A stretch of 57,294 bases of DNA, counting the filler, from Platydemus manokwari (lineage: Eukaryota): the NCBI GenBank assembly GCA_037951405.1. It is 5 parts of 5 records of this genome, joined end to end, with 100 filler letters (N's around TTAATTAATTAA, not from the genome) between each part and the next. Parts side by side here need not be neighbours in the genome. Positions count along the whole stretch, not along the records: positions 25,597 to 36,561 come from JBBMOY011014414.1; positions 36,662 to 47,784 come from JBBMOY010896643.1; 3 more parts are not named here. One strand, given 5' to 3'. The notes under the pieces are model-generated. The model saw only the letters and a list, made by a program, of their open reading frames with translations. It was not told the DNA's origin and ran no database searches. The position numbers were made by a program, and so were the translations under genes. Positions 27,046 through 38,379 of the stretch are shown one piece after another (the first letter of the stretch is position 1; every line of letters begins with the position of its first letter).

Positions 27046-27329
27046 ATAGATAAAAAATATTATATTTTTTCATAATAACAAGAGTTTCACGTGTCAAGCT
27101 GATAATAATGATGAAAACAATAACATTGAAACAAATAAGATTAAAACAAATAAAATTAAATAATATTAAGACAAAAATATTTACTATTATCAAAATATGT
27201 AAAAACTAAACTAAACTAACGAATAAACTGTTTAGTCTATTAATTCCTTGTGATGTTTTTACAGGATCAGATTATGGGTTTAAAATTGGATAAACCCGAT
27301 TTTTCGTTCCTATTTCACCAATTTTTTAT

Positions 27330-27612
27330 TTCATATATTGCATTTCTTGCTTTTATTTGGTCATCTAACATTGATGACAGTCTGTTTCTTTTGCTTTCAT
27401 AATTTAACACATGTATCATCAGATCGTTTCGTATTCTCGCAAACTAAAATATAATAATCAACAATTATTTCAGAAATATATTGAGAGATAAAATTTAATT
27501 TCTCTTCACCAAAAAGATGGTCATTCATCAAAGAATTATTCAGAGTAAGAATAAATCCCATTATTTTCCCATCAAAAATATTGAATCTGTTTTCTAAATT
27601 GCTCTCTGTCAT
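27330..27612 (-). pseudogene. Degenerate ORF, possibly a P-element/THAP9-like transposase C-terminus
   Basis: NSLMNDHLFGEEKLNFISQYISEIIVDYYILVCENTKR; related to the relic at 40-420. Family assignment is tentative. Confidence 0.3.
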
Positions 27613-28658
27613 CTAAAATTAAATTTATAAATCAACACTGAATCATTTTCAAAATTAAATTGTCGACATTTATTTTAGTTGCTATAACAAATAAATATTT
27701 TGTTTATATTGCCATATATATTTAAAATTACTTTAGCAACTTATATTTTATAAAAATAAATTAATAAATTTTTACGATATTATTATTTACTCTGCTTTAT
27801 TATGATTTAATTGTATATATTTTCAATTTATCTCTCAACTATTAACAATAATAATTTAATTATAATTTCTCATTTATTTTCCATTTTTTTGATATCTATA
27901 TCATTAAAATCGTCCGAGTATATCAAAGGTTAATAATAATATTTGTTTTACCGAATCAATATTTTAATAAAAAATTCGAATAAACGATAACTTTTTTGTT
28001 TTGATTTTCTACCATGGCAATTTAGAAACCTTTACGATTATGAAAAATTAATGAGAAATAATAACATACAAACACAGTGAGTGAAATTTTAACATACCTA
28101 CTCAAAATTTCAATATAATTTCATTGTGTGTGATATTAGTTAAACATTTAATTGAACCAGCAAACTTCAAAGGGTTGGTTGACTACGTCAACATGTTGCA
28201 TGTGTAATGGCTTTTGAAGGATTATGTAACGCGGGATTTGTGGGGTTAGAGCCTGGTATTCGTAAATTTTGTGACTTTTGATCTACTGGACTGATTTTAA
28301 TAAATTAAATATCAATCTGGAGGAAATTTAATGGGAAATTTGAAATGAGAACTTATATGTATAAATTTTCAAATTCTCGTAAATTCCATTCGTCAATAAT
28401 ATTCTAACTTTTGTGGAAAATAATTTATAAATTTTGATAACTGGTTTTCAGTCATTTTATTCCGCTCAATTTAAATTTTTTAGTTTGAACCTATTTTTTG
28501 TAGTAATATATTCTTTTCAGAGATTCTCCATTATAATTTCAATTACTAATTAACAATATCCTCCTCAATAATGTATTTTAAAATATTATTAGTTGATTCT
28601 GAAATATATGGAATTATATTTTTATTTTCTGGAGTATATTTAATGAATTTAACAAACT

Positions 28659-28920
28659 TTATAAGATCACTTGTACTATCAGATAAAAAATCCCTTTGTT
28701 ATTAATTAACTCCCCTTCATTGTCTATAGTAGACAAACTTTGTTCGGTGTTTAAAACTGAGATGGGCGTTTTTGAAACTTCTTTATGTTTTGCAATATGC
28801 TTTTTATATTTTTCATGAGCTTTTAAAGCGTAAATGGATTTAAACGTTGAGTTGCAAATCGAACATTTATGCATATTCACTTTTTAAGATTTATTTTTTT
28901 ATGGGTTTTGATTTCATGAT
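28659..28920 (-). pseudogene. C2H2/U1-type zinc-finger ORF relic, probably TE (Polinton)-borne
   Basis: HKCSICNSTFKSIYALKAHEKYKKH; intronless, frameshifted at its start, and located among Polinton relics. Confidence 0.5.
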
Positions 28921-29169
28921 TTTTTAATTTTTGTAATTTTTTAGTTTTTCTAATTTCTGTAATTTCTAAATAATGTATTTTATTCAATATAAAATCATAC
29001 AGTAGTAATATAGATCATAAATCTATTACCTAGTATAAGGCAACGAATGTAACAGTGGGATACGGGGAGAGGCTAAAAAAGAACTTCCACTGAAAAACTC
29101 ACGTACCGAACATTTCATGAAATTCATACAATATCAAGGATAATCCGAAAAATGGAGGTGTTCTGAAAA

Positions 29170-29420
29170 AAGGTATAACTTATGTTGTGTAGCACATTTA
29201 AAGAGAAATTAATCATGGAAACGCAGATATGTTCTCAAGAAATTAATGTAATATATGTTTTAAAAATATGTTAACTAAACATGAAAATCAAAATACAGAG
29301 AGACTGAAGAAAAGATTATTAACAATAATGACAAATAACAATGTGAAAGAATGGCAAGTAAGCATTGAAGAAACAAAACAGGATAAAAGTGGTACAAGAC
29401 AAACACAGAGCGGCATTTAA
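29170..29420 (+). mobile_element. Gypsy pol fragment (RNase H to integrase linker)
   Basis: NHGNADMFSRN*CNIC...LTKHENQNTERLKKRLLTIMT is homologous to NHRNADMLSRNTCTTC...LTKHENQSTGKMKTRILAIMT at 45016-45507. Confidence 0.8.
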
Positions 29421-29429
29421 AAAGGCAAA

Positions 29430-31690
29430 TTTTTTATTTTACAAGAATAAATTATTTGTCAGCTTGAAGTGACTGAAGTGAAAAAATGAATAATTTAAAT
29501 TAAATTTAGAATGGTTATTGGAACAAACATTTTAAAATATTCAACTTTAAATATGATAAATTTAATTTTAAAATATTTTGAAATAATTGCTTGGAATTTT
29601 TTAATTTTTCCAGCTTATGGAAAGTCTTTTGCTTTTTGCCATTTTATTGTCGATTCCAAATTAACCTCTAAAATTTATCTCACTTTCAGTTTTGGTGTTA
29701 TTTTTTAAGTAACGAAACATATTTAAAAATTTATATTTTTTGTAATACGACCAATTTTTAATTTTGTAGGTGAGACGTTCAAACCATATAAATTGTTGGC
29801 ATCAATATATTAAAAAGATAATTTTTTGCACATATTTATTCATGCGTACATTCAACTCTGATTCATATTTAAAGGATCCTTGTTCAATTCCAGGTGTTAC
29901 AAAATTTATTTAAATACATTTTTTTTGGTTTTGTTGGATTGATTTTGCGGTGCTTGAGTCGAAAAGCTTCGATTCGTGAAGTCAGTGGCTAAGTGGAGGC
30001 ATAGACTGTTACAATTTTGCTTTATTCTTTTACTTATCTCTATATTATCATTAGTAAATTTTTGATTTGCTTATAAAAAACATATTTTTCAATTCTAATT
30101 GAAATTCGAAACTGATATTTCTGATACCCAAGTAAAGGATGGACAAAAAAACAATGTTTTGGACAAATATTTTTCTATATTTGTCTCTACTCTTTTCTCT
30201 TTAATCTATCACTGTAAGCATCTTCTTTTAAATACAAAGTTACGTAAACCAATGACGTTTGATAATTACATTTATTCCGATAATTTTGATCTTTTTTTTA
30301 TTTTCATTTGTTATAAAGCTTAACTTTTATCTAATTAGAGCAAGAGAATATTCATTTAATTTTTCAAAAGATGTTATACAATCTTATGCATAAACTCCGT
30401 TTTCATTTATCATTGTATAATTCATATCAAACACCTATTCAGTCAATTTTATCAAATCTTATTACTTCAAAATAAACTAACAAGATTAGGCCTTCTAATC
30501 TTAATGAATCAGTAAACGTTATATATCCATAAATAAATGAAATATGAATTTATTCGGTCAAAAACAATATTTCTATGAACTCATTTCTATGATAATAAGA
30601 AGAAAATCATATTTTGATTCATCATCGAAGTATCAGAAAATTCTTTTGATTTTCTGTCTAAAGTATTACATAATTTGAAAGCTGCACCCCAATGAGTAAT
30701 AGCTCCAGTAGGTAATAGCCATGGTCACAAAAATGTCCTTTATGTTCTGTAAAATTCGATTTATTCTTTAAAAGATTTATTTTTAAATCGGCTCAACGTG
30801 TTTGATATAGTAGTTGCTGTAGATTAACGCATTACAAGCTCTCATCATTTCAACGAATGTTTTTTAATTATTTGTTTTGTCTTGTTTTACTTTTTTTTAC
30901 TTGTTATATGTTTTGAACTATCTTTGGAAAGATTATGAATTGTCCATCATTTGAGATATTTCTAACTCGAACAATTCGAAAAAATGTTGATAATTTTCCA
31001 ATTTATGAAATAATTTATTGATGGCAGCGTTTTTTAGTATCTTGAATAAAGAAATTTAAAATTTCCTCTTTTAATTAGTTATTGTTAACAGTAAAATACT
31101 TCGTTAATTTGACAGCATTGAAACAATGGCGTCATAATAATATTTTAGCAATTTTTAATAAATATTAGAATTGTTTAGAGATTATATAATTAATAAGAAA
31201 ATTAAAAGATAATATATTTTCATATGACCCATTGAGGATATTTTCACGTTATGCAGGTTTTTAATTTTGTAATAAAAAAATGAAACATTAATGATAAATT
31301 CATGAGGATATTCAGTTATTTTCTAATGGCGCCAATACATAAAACACCATAATAATAATTATACAGCTATCCATTCTTAATTAAGCCTAATTATATTTCT
31401 CGAATGAAACTAAGAAAACAATATTATTGACTGTAATTCAAATATTGCACGTAAATATTTGTAATGTGGCTTTTTAATTGAAAGAAATGTTAGTTATCAT
31501 AATTATCCTTGTTGTTTTGTTAATCGAACAACAGCATAAGTAAAGATTAAGCATGAAAAATAGATAACATAATGACTACCAAAATCCTTCATTGATAAAT
31601 ACTGAAAAAGTGGAAACACATAGTTTACTTTAGTAGGATTATTAAACAATTGTAGATTTCACTGGCTACCTCATTGAATAAAAATAGATA
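29430..31690 (-). pseudogene. Polinton/Maverick protein-primed DNA polymerase B, heavily decayed
   Basis: Collinear motifs on the minus strand: GSHY (~31575), DHGYY..TG...WGAA (~30680-30726; cf. DHCHLTGKYRGAAH), YDFLLII, ITFTDSLRL (~30500-30522), NGVYA*DCITSFEKLNE (~30352-30402; cf. KGVYPYDYMDSFEKFNE), YVTLYLKED (~30218-30247), YIDANNLYGL (29780-29810; motif A), ILEVNLE and KDFP*A (~29610-29675). Confidence 0.85.
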
Positions 31691-31998
31691 CAAAGCACAT
31701 TTACGTACTTTTCGACAGATTCTTTGAAATAAATTTGAAAAATTGTTGATTGACAATTTAAAATGTTAAATGTACTGTAAATAAAGATTAATTAGGTCAC
31801 TAAATTGAGGATAAGAATGAACTTTTTGAACTAAAATTAAGTGAATAACTTATCGATCAATAGACAAAATTTATCAACTTTAATTATAAATACTCTATCA
31901 ACCAATAGAATAGTTTCTTTAAGGTATCAACATAAAAAAGCCACTTGAAAGCAAGAGTATATATGCTATTTTTCATTTCTCATTTACCATTATTTAAA

Positions 31999-32909
31999 AT
32001 GTCGAAAATATTTTTAATAATTCTCAATTTATCATTTATTCAATGCAAATTCAACTTTGTTGGCAAAATGGTTTGCGTATTTAATGAATACAGATCAGTG
32101 GAAGCGAGTGACCTTTTCAATTGTGTTATCCAATGTACCTCTAATAATTGTCCCATATTCTATTTTGATGAGGAAAAATTGAAATGTTATTTCTATAGAT
32201 TCAATCAGATTTGTGTATCGAAGAATATCTGTAACTATGTGAAAGCATATTTCAATGATAATTATACCCACGAGGTCTGCTAAATCTTCCTAATTTGTAT
32301 ATAAAACATTTGTATTTTTAGTTCAAGTCTCTAACTCATGCAAGAAATGAGTTATTTAAAGGAGTGGACTATATCATACAATTTAATAGAAGTTATCTAT
32401 TTACAGTCGCACGTGATAGAAAAACGAAAATACTTATAAAATCCAATTTAACTGAAGCACATGTGTTTGCAGGAGTAGGATATTTCAACAACAGCAAACT
32501 AATTGTGTGGTCTGAATATTCATTTATTTCAAAGATGAATAAGTACGACTCGAGTATTCAAATTTTAGCTAATAATTTTGCTTCATATTTAACAAATGGA
32601 AAGTGCACCAGTTATTTCAGTTGTTACCATCCCATAGGTGAGTTTGATAAATTCATCGGTATCGAATATCTCGTATTCGGAGCACTGCCATTGTCTCATT
32701 TTAATGTCTCTCGTTTTATGAAGAATGCCGTCAACCACAAGTGGGGAGCCATTGTTAGTTCAGGAACAATCCACATAATACCCACAAATGAAGTCAGAAT
32801 CCTAATAAGAGAATATGGGTATTGCATAAGTGACAAATTAGGAATAGGAGATTATAAACCATATTATAAGTGTGGCCGACATAAATTTCAAAACTTTACT
32901 TGCAACTGA
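31999..32909 (+). CDS. Secreted protein, ~287 aa: signal peptide, PAN/apple-like Cys module, unknown C-terminal domain; two exons
   Basis: Exon 1 31999-32274 (MSKIFLIILNLSFIQC signal; C...CVIQC...CPIFYFD..KLKCYFY). A 47-nt phase-0 GT-AG intron joins in frame to exon 2, 32322-32909. AATAAA follows at ~32961. No disruptions. Confidence 0.8.
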
Positions 32910-33839
32910 CATCGCTTAAATCAACAATGTAAATTTTCTAGATGTTCATCGCAATATCTTAATAAATTGTTTTGTAATGCCTTAACTGTGCATTTGATTG
33001 ATTCCGGATTTTATATTTTTTAAATTTTATAAAATGAAGCAGGCAATTTTCTCAAGTAGTGAGAATCAATTTTGTGATAAATAATTTTCTGTTTAATTTT
33101 GAGTATCAATAAATGATCAGATTTAAATATTATATAAAAGACTTAGTTAATAAATTATAATTCAAAAATTATATATAATCATTTATATTTCTGTACATCT
33201 TAATAATCTGAAATCATTGCACTAAGCTTAAATGCATTATGTATTTTTAATATAAACTTTTCCGAAATATTTTATTGATTTATTCGTTAATAAATTGTAC
33301 AAGCTACAGTAACATAATAATGCAATCACGAAAAGTTTGAAATAATGCAAGGAATTATTTTTTATTTTAATACCGAAAGCTTTCTATTAATGAGATTTTC
33401 ATAAAACAATTATAAATATATGAAAAAAGAGAACCATATAATGTTGCTATAAATTGCTTTGATATTGAAAAATTTAAACTTGAAAAGTATCGTCATTATT
33501 AGCATAATTTTACAAAGGCTGTCATTCAGCTATGAGGTAAATGATTTTATGTTAATAATTAGCTTTTAAATATGACACATTTTGACACACATACATATAT
33601 ATGGCATTAATAATATTGATAATGTCAATGTGCTATTTTCTATGGAATACACATATGGTGAAAAAATATCCAATGAATTGCAAGTCACAACTTGAATTAA
33701 TCATTAAAAGATGAATTTATGAATAAAGAATTTAACAGTGAAAATAAGATTTTAATAAAATTTAAAACAAAATTTATCTCCACATTTTATACACCAATGG
33801 AACTGTTTAATTATTAAAGTTTGATAAAATAGATCCTTA

Positions 33840-34075
33840 TTAATTGCTAAATATTTTCTTTAAAAGATCTTATTCTGTGAAAGTTTTCTTAAATATCGCT
33901 AATTCCTGAAGATTAGCTTTTACATGCTTATCAGCAATAATATTTTAAATTTCAAAATCTCAACACTATTTCTATAAACTACACAGTACATTTTCTTTGA
34001 ATTTTACTTATTTCGAAAATTTTATTAAATCCATAAATCAATAATCTTGGTTTTTTAGGTAATTCATTATTATTG
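33840..34075 (-). pseudogene. Degenerate repeated ORF of unknown function, homologous to 49722-49997
   Basis: PKKPRLLIYGFNK...IIADKHVKANLQELAIFK versus TTKPRLLIFEFYK...IFPDRPSKSNLLEIIRIE. Confidence 0.45.
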
Positions 34076-34076
34076 A

Positions 34077-34099
34077 TATAATAATAATAATAATAAAAA

Positions 34100-34141
<42 letters not shown>

Positions 34142-34150
34142 TAATAATAT
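34077..34150. repeat. (TAA)n microsatellite
   Basis: Direct inspection; it causes the poly-Tyr run in ORF 33979-34266. Confidence 0.9.
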
Positions 34151-34819
34151 TTCATTTCCATTAAAATATCAATGATAAAGCTTATTCCATTACATAGTAA
34201 TTTTTTACTAATATGATGAACTAAAAATGGAAAACTATAATTTTTGAAAGTGCTATCAATTAACATTTATATAGGTTTTTAATATATTTTTTTCAAAAGT
34301 AAAATTACCTTCAATAGCAGTGTTGGTTACTTAGATGTCATTATATTCCGATAAACAAAATCCATTAATATATTTCAATTTATCATTTATTTTTATATTA
34401 TTTAGCGCATCTTCACTATAAAATGTAGTTTGAGTTGAAAAATAAACACCCGTCATTTTGATTTTTCTCATTTTTCTCATGTTTTTCATTCATTTTTTTC
34501 TTCAATCGGTAATATTTAATTTATTGTTCATCTTTCATAATAGAATAAAAATTTATAAATCTCGTTTAACTTCTCATCGAATTTATTATCTATCTGTTCT
34601 CTTGACTGAATTCTAAAAGATAGAAACACGATCTCTATAAATTCAAGCTCTATCAATATTTTCCTTAGATTTTGTGATTGATGTTTGCTATTTTTAATTA
34701 ATTCAAATCTTTTATTAGATGAATAAAGAGGAATTCTAAAATTATATTAGTTTCAACGATTTCATTTTCTAAATACATTTCAAATCATTCCAGTTGTTTT
34801 CCAATAAATATTTCATGAT

Positions 34820-35086
34820 ATTGTACATTCATTTAATGATTTTTCTGTAACACGATCATCAAATATTTTTAGATTCTTTTTAGTTTTGTTTAAATCGGAA
34901 AAATTCACAATTTTCTCTCATTTACATTTAATAGCTACCGTAATAGTCTTATTACATTGTTGAGAAAATTTATATGAAAACATTTCACAAATTTCTCTAG
35001 TAGTTGACGATTCACCTGATGGGTTATCTTGGTAAACCATTTTCAAATAAATTATATATTCTTCTTTATGTTTTATTAATTTCATA
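34820..35086 (-). pseudogene. Probable Polinton packaging ATPase relic
   Basis: IVNFSDLNKTKKNLKIFDDRVTEKS (34841-34915) resembles the Walker-B region 'LDKxKKNLIIFDD' of Polinton A32-like ATPases. Walker A was not found. Confidence 0.5.
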
Positions 35087-35886
35087 ATCTAGTAAATTTG
35101 AGATAAACAACGCTGTAAAAATTAATTGAGTTTTTTCACGTCCAGATTTTCCTGCAATAATCATTCTGAAAGATCATTGAATACTTAGCTGATGAGTAAA
35201 TAATATTTTATTTTGATACCAAATATTAGTCGATTTTTAATGCCATAAATATGGAAATTTATTTTTGAAATTTGTGTTAGAAATAAAATTTCTAAATATA
35301 ATAAAGCTGAACATGGTAAAAGCAATAGTCGCTTTTTAAAAACTAGTAAGAATAATGGAATGAATAATATAAATCATTTAAATAAGGGTTTAGAGGTTTT
35401 AAAGGTAAATTCCCTTCTGAAGTCCAAAATTCTTTACTCAAAGGAGAAGACTCAAAGTAGCTATTTTTTGGAAGCAAAATACCAAAGCAATAACAAATGC
35501 TAAATTTTTAAAAAAATTTAAAGAAAGAAAATTATTTGATTAAGTTTAAAGATAACTTTTTGAGACCATTAAATGGTTACACAAAAAGTTCAAAAATCAC
35601 TTAATATGATTCCAATAAAGCTTAAACAACTTGTGGAAAGCAAATTTCAGATATTGAATTTTAAACAAAACACCGTGAAATTTGAGTTAATTTTAAAATA
35701 ATTTCTTCTAAACATTTCAATGTAAAATATTAATTAGATATTACTGTAAAAAGTAACTAAATGAGTTATTGATCAGAAGTTGCTCATTTCATTAATTGCA
35801 AAAGATATCATCATTAAATGATAACTTTTCAGTAATTATTTCAAAATATATTTAAAAAAATTTATTATAATGATAGTAAAATATTT

Positions 35887-36561
35887 TTAAATGTTTATTT
35901 GAAATGCTCTAACTGCTAATTTATTTAATGCCAATACATAAGCTCCTACTGACTCATTTTGGCCTTGAAATCTATTTCTAAATGCCTCGGTGTACATTGC
36001 CTGTAAATCTTCCTCCATAACAATTTCTCGTTTCATTGCCTCTTTAATTCCATTATACGGTAAAGGCTGTGCCTGATGGCCTCTTATTAAATTTTTGTAA
36101 ACATCTAACGCGTATCCTCTTAAATGAAAAGGTAATCTAGCCAGTCTCTGTATGTCATTCCATCCGTAGACTTCTGAAGTTGCCTCGTATTCATCAAAAA
36201 AGTCATCAAATTCCTCTGCTTTTCCGGAATATATTTCTATAGTTGGTAATTTAACAACGTTATTTAATCTATTATCTTCCATATTATTTCTATTATAGAC
36301 GTTCCTATTCCTTAATCTATAAATAATTCGATTTTCCAACGCGATTGATTTTAATTAATTATCAACGATTTTTCGCAACAAACAATACTTGTATATCACA
36401 AACGAATTCGAATTTAACGAATTGCACACACAAATTATTTATATTATTTGACGGTTGAGTCCTCACTCGGGGCACCAAATTTATATGTTGGGTTTTGGTA
36501 CTTATATGTTGTTATTCCCAACACCGGTGAGTTCTTTAGATTGATCTGATTTAAATTCAAA
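35887..36561 (-). mobile_element. 5' part of a Ty3/Gypsy element: LTR end, PBS and gag (truncated at 35887)
   Basis: Gag capsid-like YSGKAEEFDDFFDEYEATSEVYGWNDIQRLARLPFHLRGYALDVY...QGQNESVGAYVLALNKLAVRAF, downstream of an 18-nt PBS. Confidence 0.88.
36460..36477 (-). promoter_or_regulatory. Primer-binding site complementary to the 3' end of elongator tRNA-Met
   Basis: Minus strand TGGTGCCCCGAGTGAGGA. The plus strand TCCTCACTCGGGGCACCA differs by one base from the recalled metazoan tRNA-Met(e) 3' end TCCTCACACGGGGCACCA. Confidence 0.75.
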
Positions 36562-36661
36562 NNNNNNNNNNNNNNNNNNNNNNNNNNNNNNNNNNNNNNN
36601 NNNNNTTAATTAATTAANNNNNNNNNNNNNNNNNNNNNNNNNNNNNNNNNNNNNNNNNNNN
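36562..36661. other. Artificial contig spacer
   Basis: 44 N + TTAATTAATTAA + 44 N. Confidence 0.98.
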
Positions 36662-38379
36662 AAATCGATAATTCGATTTAGCTATTTAATTGATTATCTG
36701 AACTATCTTTATAGTTTAGAATCAAACATGAAATTTTATCGATTTTACTATATTGATTTAGAAATTTATTGGATAAAAATAATTTCAATGCGGACATTTA
36801 TTTTAATAAACTTTAAAATTATTTTCAAATTTTAAATAAGACTCATTAAATTATTTTTATCAATTAAATTCTAATTTTAATTAATTAATAATTATGATTT
36901 ACACTATCTATTGCTTATTTATTTGTGAAGACATTGAATCGTAATGATTTTATTTGTATAAATGATTCCTCACCATAAATAAATTTGGGTGTTGAATAGG
37001 TTAAAATTGATGTCCAGTATTTAAGATAACGAGTGACATTGATTTTAAAATACGAGATTTCTTATTGTTAATAATCAGTCCAGAATTATTTGTTTGTCAA
37101 TTGGCTTACTTTGAAACGTGAATATAACGTGTGAATGATTTCATCACGATTCATAATCGAAATACATATATATATGTTAATTTTCAGATAATTCGGAGGC
37201 TTTTGAATGATGAGTGATGGATGATTGTGAAAAATGTGTGTGTGTATGTCCATAGATATTTGATCAGTGACCTATGAATGTATTTTATTATATGTGTATA
37301 TTAATCAATCTGAATGATTGTTGCGTTGATAAATTACAATATATTACAAAATATTATCGATTAAATAAAATTGGCACAATTAAATCGTTTATATTTGTTT
37401 TAATTATAACCTATAAGATTAGTTTTTTATACAATCAAAAATATTTTAATACACAAATCACTATTTTCCAAACATTTTCATGCATAAGATTCCCTTTGAC
37501 GATGAAAGTTTTAATGTGACCACTGTTATGTTTCTGTCAATTTTGTTGGTGTGTTTTATTGGACAAATTTCTCATATCGAGGTAACATATATTTAAAAAT
37601 AGACATTATTTTATTTCTAACACAAGTCGTAATCGATATTTAGATTATATAATAACTACTGCAGAACGTGTTTGACATTAAATAAATCGTCACAAGTGGT
37701 AATAATAGTATTTCTAAAACAAAACTTAAATCAAACCGAAACGTCTTTTTTTACGTTTTGCTTTGATGTAGAAATTTTCTTGAATATGTGTTCGTCTCTT
37801 GAGGTACCAAAAATTTTCATAATTATCAATTGTTCATAATTTTATTGTTCGTTATGTTATGTTTTATCAAAATATTTTCATGTGTATTCGTTAATTTTTG
37901 TCTGGTTATGTAATATGTATGATTGTATTTGTGCGACTCCATAGAGATATTACTGTTCCACAGCGCAGGAGATAAAATTTATTTAATATAAACATAAAAA
38001 TCTTCACGATACAGTGGCACAAGTCCTCACGTCTTTTTATAAAATTGGTTAATCCTTAAAAAAAAAAACTAATATGATACATCTGGTAAGTTTGCTTGTT
38101 GGAGATTCTTAGAGAATTGCTCGCTGGTGTGGTTTGATTTAACTATCTAGATTCATACTCTTTCTCGTGTTCATCGACACTCGCGATAATTTGAATAATC
38201 TGATGCATTAATTATGTTGTTATTTGATGAGATGTTTCCAATCGATTTTTGTTTTGAGAAATAAATCATTAAATTTCAAATATTAATATTCCGTAATTAG
38301 AAATTTTAAAATTTTCGTTATTCTTTTGTCATTTCTATCAATTATTATTATTATTATTGTTTTTTATTTCATTTCTCAG

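Noticed and set aside
29954-30007. Hairpin gagtcgaaaagcttcgattc plus A-box-like TGGCTAAGTGG as a tRNA or Pol III gene
   Set aside because: No B-box or cloverleaf, and it lies inside the pPolB relic.
33540-33830. Polinton cysteine protease relic (FHWC motif)
   Set aside because: Only a 2-3 residue match in very AT-rich DNA; insufficient.
33979-34266. Poly-tyrosine ORF
   Set aside because: It is the translation of a (TAA)n microsatellite within decayed sequence.
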